Below are positions 42,395 through 51,114 of a stretch of 64,000 nucleotides of DNA, piece after piece. The notes below the pieces were generated by a model that made no database searches, was not told where the DNA came from, and saw nothing but the letters and a program-made list of their open reading frames with translations. The DNA is from Aureliella sp. (GTDB lineage Bacteria; Planctomycetota; Planctomycetia; Pirellulales; Pirellulaceae): NCBI GenBank assembly GCA_963691875.1, contig OY829846.1, positions 32,001 through 96,000 on the forward strand. The letters run 5' to 3'. Numbering within the stretch: the stretch's first letter is position 1; the number at the start of each line of letters is the position of its first letter. The position numbers and the translations under genes are program-made.

Positions 42395-44019
42395 GACGGT
42401 AACGCCAAGGATTTGAGGGCGGGGACGATTAAGTCCTCCGGAAACAAACAGAAGCTAAACTCTCGGGACTCTGCAATCTGCGCCTGCTTGAGTTCCAATT
42501 GTAGGCTCTCAAGTGCGGACTCGTGTTCGGCTTGAAGCGGTGCTGCGAGAGCGGCTAGCTGATCGTTGACTCGTTTTAGTTCGTGGTGCCACTCCCATTT
42601 CTCACCCTTTGGGGGAATGTTAGCTAAGAGCCTTTGCTTCTCGTCCATCAACCGCTTTGCTTTGTCACCCAATCGTCCCACGTGTCGTTCAGCATGAAAG
42701 CGATCTTGCCAACGTGCATTGCGCTGGGAACGAATCTCTCTTTCGATTTCGATACAAGGCCTGCCCGAATCGATCATTGGCAGATGCAGAGTGCTTGTCG
42801 CGACGGCAAAGGGAGGCGGGGCGATGCCGAAGTATTCGGAAAGAATTCCATCCGTGAGTTGATCATATTTGCCACCGCCGATCCCGTGCAAGAACCAGTC
42901 AGCAACGAACAGACGTAGGTACATCGTAGTGAGCAGAGCTCTGGGACGTAGGCAGACGCCGCCAGCCAATAGCTCCAACCATTGAGTCGCCGCGTTGTCG
43001 CAATCGAGCCGCCCATCGATGACTGCTTCCCACCCTGCCCTATCGCTCAAGATCAATTGGTTGTCGAACATTCGGATCCAGAGTCGCTGTCGAGTTGGCG
43101 ATTCCGCGCGATAGAACCACCAAGGGCCTTCCAGCCAGCCGTCCTGCTGTTCAAGAGCGGGAACCGGATGTGCGACGCTTCGGATCTTGTGAGCTTTCCG
43201 ATAGGCATCCAACTGCGAATTGTAGACTTTCTGAAGTCGTGGCAGATTCGACATCAGCTGAATGCTAAACCTTGCGAAGGCCCTTGTGCCGACAAGTTGG
43301 CTGAGCGGTACTTCGAGAGTGTTCAAGCCAAACTCGGACTCAACTTTATGTCTTGCTTGCGCTATGGCTCTTCCCGGCAATCCAAACTGTTTCAGCGACT
43401 CGAGCGTGTGCGGCCAAAGTTTGTGAAGCAATGGTGAGTCGATTCCAACAGTACTCAGATCGGTTTGGACTCTTGATGGGAAGCTGTGCCATTGTTCTGG
43501 GTTCTGCAGACTCCTAAGTTCCCAGGGCATGGAGACACTTCGTTCGTCAAAACGTAGCGACGCAAACTTCAAATGAGCATTCGACTGTCGAGTTGGGACA
43601 CGAATGGCTGTGTCACGACACAAGTCATTGTCCACCAAGAAATTGATCGCTAAGCCGCCAGTCGACTCGGCGAGTTGCGAGAGCAGAAAGTTCTTGAACC
43701 AGACGCCCGAGTGGAAAAGCTCTGGTTGATGTCCAGAAAGAAAGAAGGGCTGCTCTAGATAGTCAGCACTTAGCCTAGAGACGCTCTGGTATTGGGAAGT
43801 ATACTGGACTGCCAGCTTAGCGGCTTCTTGACGGGCAAGACGTCGAGTGTCCTCGAGTGACTTGCCGCAAAATTCCAGCGAGGAGTTGTCATCGAAAGCG
43901 TTGCCTGCAAAAGTCTTGCTCCCCGCCGCTATATCTAGCGCACTAGGTGTGACGAGGCTAGAGTGGTTCTCGCTTGGCGCTCGATAGTTTTGGTAAGTGG
44001 CGGTTATGGTGCCGCTCAT
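42391..44019 (-). CDS. Hypothetical protein with BshC-like (Rossmann + coiled-coil) architecture
   Basis: SGHQPELFHSGVWFK..LA..INFLVDND, LRPRAL..HGIGGGKY, coiled-coil insert, C-terminal SREFSF; ATGA overlap with the GT2. Confidence 0.7.
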   Translation of the reverse strand: MSGTITATYQNYRAPSENHSSLVTPSALDIAAGSKTFAGNAFDDNSSLEFCGKSLEDTRRLARQEAAKLAVQYTSQYQSVSRLSADYLEQPFFLSGHQPELFHSGVWFKNFLLSQLAESTGGLAINFLVDNDLCRDTAIRVPTRQSNAHLKFASLRFDERSVSMPWELRSLQNPEQWHSFPSRVQTDLSTVGIDSPLLHKLWPHTLESLKQFGLPGRAIAQARHKVESEFGLNTLEVPLSQLVGTRAFARFSIQLMSNLPRLQKVYNSQLDAYRKAHKIRSVAHPVPALEQQDGWLEGPWWFYRAESPTRQRLWIRMFDNQLILSDRAGWEAVIDGRLDCDNAATQWLELLAGGVCLRPRALLTTMYLRLFVADWFLHGIGGGKYDQLTDGILSEYFGIAPPPFAVATSTLHLPMIDSGRPCIEIEREIRSQRNARWQDRFHAERHVGRLGDKAKRLMDEKQRLLANIPPKGEKWEWHHELKRVNDQLAALAAPLQAEHESALESLQLELKQAQIAESREFSFCLFPEDLIVPALKSLALPS

Positions 44020-44762
44020 CTGCAGCCTTGTCCTGCCTTGTGGTGTGATGGGAGCGTGAAGCCTTGGGCTTGCATGGCTTCGACACTCGAATCGATGACT
44101 TCATTGTAATAGGCTAATCGCTTATCCGAGTCATCTAAAGCGCCACCAAAAGATCGGTTCAAATCTAAGTAGATTAACGGAACTGGAACTTCGATAATCC
44201 GCATACCCCGCATTGCTGCCTGGACCCACAATTCCAACGGCATCGCGTAACCCGAGTCTTGGATGTCGAGCTTCTTTAGTGCCTCAACGCGGTACGCCTT
44301 GAACCCGCAGAAGGAGTCTGTCAAGCTCAGGCAGAGCATTTCGTTTAGCTGGCCAGTTATGTGGCGATTGATGAATTGTCGCGAGCTGGGCGGAACGCTA
44401 TCGCCCTTGTACTGCTTCAAGTAGCGACTGCCGGAGACAATATCTGCACCCGCGCAGGCAGAGATGAAGCGTGGAATACGCTGAGGCTGATGCTGACCGT
44501 CACAGTCAAGGGTGACTACGTAGTCGTAATCGTGCTCGATGGCGTATTCGAAAGCCGACTGCAAAGCGGCGCCGTATCCTTTGTTGACTGAGTGTTCGAC
44601 TACGTCGACATCGGACCACCCTGCGAGGCGTTCCGCGGTGCCATCACTCGAGCCGTCATTGACGACCAAAATGTTGTCAGCGTATTTGGACACCTCCTGC
44701 AAAACGTCGTCGACATATCCTTCTTCGTTGAATACTGGCAAGGCTGCGAGCCAATGCGTCAT
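44016..44762 (-). CDS. Glycosyltransferase family 2 (DPM1-like)
   Basis: PVFNEE, VVNDGSSDGT, N.GYG.A, TLDCDGQH, GSRY, D..CGFKAYR. Confidence 0.93.
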   Translation of the reverse strand: MTHWLAALPVFNEEGYVDDVLQEVSKYADNILVVNDGSSDGTAERLAGWSDVDVVEHSVNKGYGAALQSAFEYAIEHDYDYVVTLDCDGQHQPQRIPRFISACAGADIVSGSRYLKQYKGDSVPPSSRQFINRHITGQLNEMLCLSLTDSFCGFKAYRVEALKKLDIQDSGYAMPLELWVQAAMRGMRIIEVPVPLIYLDLNRSFGGALDDSDKRLAYYNEVIDSSVEAMQAQGFTLPSHHKAGQGCR

Positions 44763-44958
44763 GCTTGTTCCTTCAGTTCAGTCGGCCTGAATGTAGAGGA
44801 ATTCATTCTCAGGGACGCCAAACCACGAAAAGAATGGTTTGGACGCCTGAATTCTAGGCATTATGTCTAGCTCGTCAAAACGCCCGCATAGCTTAGCAGC
44901 AGCTATACGCGATTTCCAAGCGTTTGGAGCTATATTTGAGCCAGTAGCGGGATGGCGG

Positions 44959-46203
44959 CTACTTGAGGAGCTTAATCATGGCGTCACCGAAGCCCGTGCC
45001 GGCTTGGGCGAAGAACCAAGGACTTCCGTAGTAGTGGTAGCCGCGGTCATTTCCGAAATGGCGCCATTTGTCGACATCTTTGTTCCAACCGCCTGGACCG
45101 GTGTAGATCGCGTGAGCCTCCATGTCCCAGTACTGGTCTGTTTCCACGCAGATGACATTGCCTTGAAACTCGGGATAAGTCGGAACCTTGGCTTGCGCCC
45201 GTTTGATGAAGGCTCGCGGCGAATCTTCCTTGATCGGTTCTACTTTGCCTCCGTGACCCATTTGGCCAATGACAAAAGGGAGCTTCGGAGCGTCCAGTTC
45301 TCTGCGCACGTCCCGAATAAAGTGAGCCATGTTTTTTTCATAACTCAGCCAAAATTCATTGTACTGATCGTTCCATCCTTGGAACCAGACAAAGCCCGAC
45401 AGCTCATAGCCTTGGCCGGCATAACCTGGGAAACGAACCTTGAGCTCCGATAAACAATCACGAACTTCCTGCATCATGTTGCGATAGTCAATTCCGTAGT
45501 TAGCTTTGAATTGTTCGACCGTAACTATCTCGCGGGCTTTGAAGGTTCGTGGCCGTTTGGCCTTGCCTCCTTTGGCATTCTCTTTTGCGATGCGCGCGTT
45601 GTACTTTTCAATGCGTGCGGGCTCTTCCTCGTTCCATTTGCGGTTCTTATCGTTCAGAGCCTTCGTCATTGCGGCGAATTCTTCGTCAGAGTGCATGGCT
45701 GACGGAGGCATGAAGCCCTTTGCAATGGCCCGTCCACCCCAAGAGGTCTTGATAATAAGCACTTGTTCGTCGAAGTGATTGCCGACCACATGTCCAAAAT
45801 TCAGTTCTGGGCCGAAGCCGTCTCGTGGAGTGCCATAGCCAACTCTCAGATTGCCACGTCTCTCTAGGTAGTTGATCCAAACGTCTTTGCGTTCGCTCCA
45901 CAGATAAGTTGGAGACTCGCGAGGTTGATCGGCGTCGCGTGTCTCGGCTACTTTTGCCAGGAACGCTTGATAGTCACCGCCTTGAATCAAGTGTGTGTAG
46001 CGGTCACGGTATTGTTCTTGGCCGAGTTGCCAAACCATCGGCTCTGGAAAACCCTTGCCTTGCATATTGGACTGACCAGCAAGGATAAAGACCTTTACAG
46101 GTTTCTTGTTTGTTGATGCCGGGTAGTCTTCAGCGACTGCTCGGGGTGAACTTACGGTTGCGAAAAGGAGGCAAGGTGCGAGGGCGAGATGGACTGGATG
46201 CAT
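44959..46203 (-). CDS. Sialate O-acetylesterase (SASA) family protein
   Basis: Signal peptide, VFILAGQSNM, FGPEL, WFQGWND, DRGYHY. Confidence 0.88.
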   Translation of the reverse strand: MHPVHLALAPCLLFATVSSPRAVAEDYPASTNKKPVKVFILAGQSNMQGKGFPEPMVWQLGQEQYRDRYTHLIQGGDYQAFLAKVAETRDADQPRESPTYLWSERKDVWINYLERRGNLRVGYGTPRDGFGPELNFGHVVGNHFDEQVLIIKTSWGGRAIAKGFMPPSAMHSDEEFAAMTKALNDKNRKWNEEEPARIEKYNARIAKENAKGGKAKRPRTFKAREIVTVEQFKANYGIDYRNMMQEVRDCLSELKVRFPGYAGQGYELSGFVWFQGWNDQYNEFWLSYEKNMAHFIRDVRRELDAPKLPFVIGQMGHGGKVEPIKEDSPRAFIKRAQAKVPTYPEFQGNVICVETDQYWDMEAHAIYTGPGGWNKDVDKWRHFGNDRGYHYYGSPWFFAQAGTGFGDAMIKLLK

Positions 46204-46395
46204 TTCTGTGACTTGGTGAGGTAGGAAGGATATCGCAAGCAAGACAGTGTGAGCGGCTTAGTCGCAAGTGTAGGGTGTTGTGTGTGGGCGAAAGCAAGCC
46301 AGAGCAAGCCGGCGACTACGGCTGGAAGTAAACGAGAATCGTGCGTTAAAACGGCACTAAACGATGCCTCGCAACGGTTTAAGTCCCATCGTAAC

Positions 46396-46435
46396 AAGAA
46401 AAAAGCCGTGCCTGCTGAGGGAGCAAACATGGCTT
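46396..46435 (-). terminator. Rho-independent terminator downstream of the sigma factor gene
   Basis: Minus strand AAGCCATGTTTGCT-ccctc-AGCAGGCACGGCTT followed by TTTTCTT. Confidence 0.7.
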
Positions 46436-46671
46436 CTAGATTCTCGCCAAAAAGGCGGTGTGCGAGAATCGAGGGTCTTAGGGGTTCGTCCTCTGCTGAG
46501 GATAGAGAACGAGCCTGAAAGGTCTTGGGTGACGAAGGAAAGAGCGGCAAAAGCCTTTACTCCAAAAGCAAGCAGCTAAATGGAGTGCTCCAACAACGAG
46601 CGGCTAAAGCGTTTCATTCGGTGGATAGGCCAATTGAGACAATTGACCTAATCGGATGCCTTACCTTGCGA

Positions 46672-48336
46672 TTAGCCTTGGGCAGCTTCCGTCTCAAATG
46701 CGGCTGGATCAAGGCCGTCGATGAAGCTCATCAAGGCCTTGTTGCGATAAGGCTGCTGGAGCTTGCGTACTGCCTTGCTTTCGATTTGACGAACACGCTC
46801 ACGGGTCACAGAGAAGATGCGACCGACTTCTTCCAAAGTGTAAGCGTAGCCGTCAGCCAAGCCGTAACGTAGTCGGAGAATTTCACGCTCGCGGTAGTTA
46901 AGCGTTTGCATTGCTTCGTCGATGTGATGCTTCAGGGACTCTTGGTTTGCCTCGTACAACGGATCATCGTCGCGATGATCTTCCAGGAACTCACCGAAGT
47001 AGCTGTCGTCGTGATCGCCAACCGGCTGGTCGAGCGAAAGTGGCTGACGGGCCATTTTCATAATGACGCGAGCGTCGTCGATCGAAAGGCCAGCTCGTTC
47101 TGCCGTTTCTTCGACAGATGGCTCGCGACCAAGTTCTTGAACAAGTTGTCGCGTTACCATGCGAACCTTGGTCATAGTGTCGATCATGTGAACCGGAACG
47201 CGGATGGTTCGGCTCTGGTCGGCAATGGCTCGGGTGATAGCTTGGCGAATCCACCAAGTCGCGTAAGTCGAGAATTTGAAGCCACGCTCGTGCTCGAACT
47301 TGTCGACGGCTCTCATCAGACCCGTATTACCCTCTTGGATCAAGTCCAGGAAGCTCAGGCCGCGGTTGCGATACTTCTTAGCGATGGAGACAACTAGTCG
47401 TAAGTTGCCAGCAGACAGCTCACGTTTGGCTGCATCGTAAGCGACGCGGTTGGTGCCTACTCGCTCAACACGGCGGCGCAATGTCTTTGGGCTTTCGTAT
47501 GTGATTCGCATTAGGTAGCGAAGTTCTTCGAGTTGTTGGTTGTAGTTAGGGTCTTGCGTAATACCACGTTCACGAGCAGCTTCGATCTGACTTTTCAGCG
47601 TGCGGATGCGCGCTTCGATGGACTCCAGCTTCTCGAACAATGGCTCGAGACGATTCGTTCGCAGGTTCATCTCTTCGACGAGGCGGACGCAGCGGTTGCG
47701 ACGACGAGTTAGGCGACGCCACGCGTCTTGACGAACTTCTTTGCGAAGCTTCTTGTTGATCGCGGTGAAGTAATCGTGGTAGTTGAGGATCAACAAGTGA
47801 CGAAGCGTGTTTATGTTAGGCACGATTCGCTTCATGATCGCTTTCTTCTCGGTTGCGTTGGTCACGCTAACCTCGATGGTACGATCCAGTCGAAGCTTGC
47901 TATCGCGAACCTGCTCAAGCAACTTGCAAGCACCTTGCAGCATGAAGTCGGTTGCCAGCATCCAGTGGCGGTACTTGCTGCGAGTCCCCTCAATCTTCTG
48001 AGCCGAAGCAATTTCTTCTTGACGGGTCAGCAATGGGATCTGTCCCATTTGCATCAAATACATGCGAACTGGATCGTCAGTGCTTTCGACTTCTTCGGTG
48101 AGCTCTTCTAGATCACCTTCTTCGATCTCGCCATCTAGATCTAGCTCTTCGTCTTCTTCATCACGTTGACGCGAGCGATTGTTATTGTTGTATCCAATGG
48201 TGCGACCAAATTCTTTGTCCATTCCTTCGAAGTCGCGTTCGAGGCCGTCTTCCAATCCAGCTTGTCCTTGAAAACTCTTGTTCATGTCGACCCTCAGCGG
48301 CAGAGTGTTTGTCTTAGAGTGGCTGGTTGTTGTCAT
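46672..48336 (-). CDS. RpoD/SigA-family sigma-70 factor (no recognisable region 1.1)
   Basis: [67 protein letters not shown]. Confidence 0.95.
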   Translation of the reverse strand: MTTTSHSKTNTLPLRVDMNKSFQGQAGLEDGLERDFEGMDKEFGRTIGYNNNNRSRQRDEEDEELDLDGEIEEGDLEELTEEVESTDDPVRMYLMQMGQIPLLTRQEEIASAQKIEGTRSKYRHWMLATDFMLQGACKLLEQVRDSKLRLDRTIEVSVTNATEKKAIMKRIVPNINTLRHLLILNYHDYFTAINKKLRKEVRQDAWRRLTRRRNRCVRLVEEMNLRTNRLEPLFEKLESIEARIRTLKSQIEAARERGITQDPNYNQQLEELRYLMRITYESPKTLRRRVERVGTNRVAYDAAKRELSAGNLRLVVSIAKKYRNRGLSFLDLIQEGNTGLMRAVDKFEHERGFKFSTYATWWIRQAITRAIADQSRTIRVPVHMIDTMTKVRMVTRQLVQELGREPSVEETAERAGLSIDDARVIMKMARQPLSLDQPVGDHDDSYFGEFLEDHRDDDPLYEANQESLKHHIDEAMQTLNYREREILRLRYGLADGYAYTLEEVGRIFSVTRERVRQIESKAVRKLQQPYRNKALMSFIDGLDPAAFETEAAQG

Positions 48337-48791
48337 GCCACGTGTGCCTTTCGAGAGTGGGAAGAATGCAGGCCGAGTGCCAAAAGTTCAAACTGCGTTC
48401 GGGAATTGCCGGAAGTCCCTGGGCTGCAGTAACTTACGTGCTCATGACACCAATTTCGGTTGCTATGGAAGGTTGAATAATCGCAACCTAGGGAGGAAAG
48501 AGAGGCGTCAAGTGTTGCCTAGGATCAACACTATTTATCTATTTTTCCCATATTGGCTATGTTGCGTCAATCGCCTCCTCGCTGTTTTGGAGATATCAGC
48601 CGGTCAGATTTACCATGCGGAAACTTTTACTAGGATGCGGGCAAGCTTCCTAAGTTCCCCAGGTTCAAGGAAAGATGGCAGCGTGCAGAAAGAGACTGGC
48701 ACGCACGCTTTTGAGAAATTCATGGCTTTGAAACTAGCTGTGGACGCGGAAACGCGTTCATAAGAAAGGCTAAAGGCACTGTCCTGAATGA

Positions 48792-48853
48792 CACAACCCG
48801 ACGCGTCAGCGAGGAATGCTGGATTCGTTTCCTCGCTGACGCGTCGGGTTGTG
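48792..48853. repeat. Perfect 25-bp inverted repeat (REP-like) 30 nt after the pepF stop
   Basis: CACAACCCGACGCGTCAGCGAGGAA (48792-48816) / TTCCTCGCTGACGCGTCGGGTTGTG (48829-48853), 12-nt loop. Confidence 0.9.
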
Positions 48854-48882
48854 AATGCCCTTGCAACGCCGGGGATTAGCGG

Positions 48883-50703
48883 TCAATCAGTCGTCAGCGC
48901 GTCCAGCTCCTTCACGAGATCACCGAAGTACTGCAACGCTGTTTCGACGGGTTCTGGAGTCGCCATATCAACGCCAGCATCACGCAGCAAATCAAGTGGA
49001 TCTTTGGAACAGCCGCCCTTCAGGAATCCCAGGTAGTCATTCAGTTCCTGCTGTCCGCCTTGAAGAACGCGACGCGAAAGTGCGACAGCGGCAGACAGCC
49101 CAGTCGCGTATTTATAAACATAGAAGGCTCGATAGAAGTGCGGGATGCGAAAGCACTCCAGTGAAAGCTCGTCGTCAATGACGAAGTTCGGGCCAAAGTA
49201 GGCTTCAAGCAACTTTCGATAAGCCGCCTTGAGCGATTCCGTGGTGAGCGGTTCTCCCGCCTCAGCCATTTCGTGTGTCTTCTTTTCAAACTCCGCAAAC
49301 ATTGTTTGCCGAACAATCGTGGCTCGAAGGCTATCGACTTCGTGATTGAGCAAATAAGCCTTGAAGCGATCATCGGTCGAATTTTCCAGAAGATAATGAG
49401 TCAACAATTGCTCGTTAAATGTGCTGGCAACTTCAGCGACAAAGATTGTGTAGTTGTAATACTGGAAAGGCTGCTGCTTGGCCGAGTAATAGCTATGCAT
49501 CGAGTGGCCAGCTTCGTGCGTCAATGTGAACAAATCATTGAGTACCGCAGGCTTGTAGTTCATCAAAATGTATGGATCGCCATCGAAGGTGCCGCAGCTG
49601 AATGCGCCACTTTGCTTGTTTTGGTTCGGATAGCGGTCACACCAGCGGCCAGCCAATCCTTGACGCAAAGCATCGCAATATTCGGTTCCGAGCGGCTGGA
49701 GTGAAGCAACTACAGTTTCTACAGCTTCGTCCCATTCGCGATTCTGTTCCAAGTCGGACAAAATTGGCACGTAAGTATCGTAGTGGTGGATGTCGTCCAA
49801 CCCCATCTTGCGGCGCCGCATGTCAAAGTAGCTATGGACTGCTGGCAAGTTATTGCGCACCGAAGTGATCAAGCTGTCATAGACGCTTTGCGGAACATTG
49901 TCAGGGAAGAGGGCGCCACCGAGGCTGGAATCGTATCGGCGAGCACGGGCGTAGTAGACGTCGCTGTGGATACTACCAGCCAGAGTCGCAGCGAGAGTGT
50001 TTTCGTGTGCAGAGAATTGCTCGTAATATTGATGGAAGGCTGCTTTGCGGACTTCGCGGGAAGGCGATATAAGAAATTGCGAGAAAGTAGCATTCGTCAG
50101 CTCGCACATCGTGCCTTGCTCGTCTTCGAGCTGGCCGAATTTCATGTCCGCGTCGTGTAATTGGCCGAAGACCTTGCTAGCTGTCTGCGCCATCTCGCCT
50201 TGCATCGCGAGCAACTCTTCTTCCGAGTCGGTCAAGGTATGGTCGCGATAGCGCGTGATGCGTTCCAGGCTCAACCGGAAGTCGGCCAGCTCATCTGAGG
50301 CCAGGTATGCGTCCATCGTTTCCTTGGGAATCGCCAAGATTTCCGGTCGCATGTACGCAGCGATCTGTCCGGCCCTCACCGCGACATTCTGAAAGCGAGC
50401 CATCAGCGCTTGATAGGCATCTGCGGTCTGGTCCTCGGTTGTCTTAAGAAAGGCGTAGGTGCCTAGTCGCTCGGCCAGACGATCGATGCTTTGATCAAAG
50501 TCCAGGCAAGCACGCAAAGCGTTGGGGCCGTCGCCAAGCTTGCCGCGAAAATCCGCGTACTTCTCAATCTTTTGTTCGAACTTGGCGAAGTCCGTTTCCC
50601 AATCCCCGTCCGACGCGTAGAGGCTGGTGAGGTCCCAGCAATCGCCCGGATCGACATCGGACCGAGCAGGAACAGTTTTGACTTCCAATGTAGCGTCATT
50701 CAT
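48883..50703 (-). CDS. pepF: Oligoendopeptidase F (M3B)
   Basis: WDLTSLY, HEAGHSMH zinc motif, IFVAEVASTFNE, RIPHFY..FYVYKYATG; AAAAGGA RBS. Confidence 0.95.
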   Translation of the reverse strand: MNDATLEVKTVPARSDVDPGDCWDLTSLYASDGDWETDFAKFEQKIEKYADFRGKLGDGPNALRACLDFDQSIDRLAERLGTYAFLKTTEDQTADAYQALMARFQNVAVRAGQIAAYMRPEILAIPKETMDAYLASDELADFRLSLERITRYRDHTLTDSEEELLAMQGEMAQTASKVFGQLHDADMKFGQLEDEQGTMCELTNATFSQFLISPSREVRKAAFHQYYEQFSAHENTLAATLAGSIHSDVYYARARRYDSSLGGALFPDNVPQSVYDSLITSVRNNLPAVHSYFDMRRRKMGLDDIHHYDTYVPILSDLEQNREWDEAVETVVASLQPLGTEYCDALRQGLAGRWCDRYPNQNKQSGAFSCGTFDGDPYILMNYKPAVLNDLFTLTHEAGHSMHSYYSAKQQPFQYYNYTIFVAEVASTFNEQLLTHYLLENSTDDRFKAYLLNHEVDSLRATIVRQTMFAEFEKKTHEMAEAGEPLTTESLKAAYRKLLEAYFGPNFVIDDELSLECFRIPHFYRAFYVYKYATGLSAAVALSRRVLQGGQQELNDYLGFLKGGCSKDPLDLLRDAGVDMATPEPVETALQYFGDLVKELDALTTD

Positions 50704-51114
50704 GGAGAATTCCTTTTGTCCCGGTCTGACCATTTCTGGCCAATCTGCCGCGGAGGTTAAAGTTGTGTTTGGATGTATAGCAGAGCGTTAGCTAAGCAAA
50801 CGTGTCGCAAAGCAAACGTTACCTAAAGGACTTGCGATAATAATCACTGGCTATCGTACAGGATGCAGCGAATCCTTTGTATGCGGTCTTGGCTAGCAAT
50901 GTAGATCGCCGTTGCGCGTTGTCTTTCCGTCTCACACGCTTCTCGCCGGTAGCTAAGCATTGCAATCTGAAGGTAAAAGAAGGTATATCAAGCTGCTGCA
51001 GTTATAATGGCGTGCTGCGTCGCAACCGCTATTCGCTTTCTGGCGAAGGCGACGGCGGTAGATCCTAAAAACTGCCCAGCCTACCCTTAATCTGTTTCAA
51101 GAAGGATCAAGACT

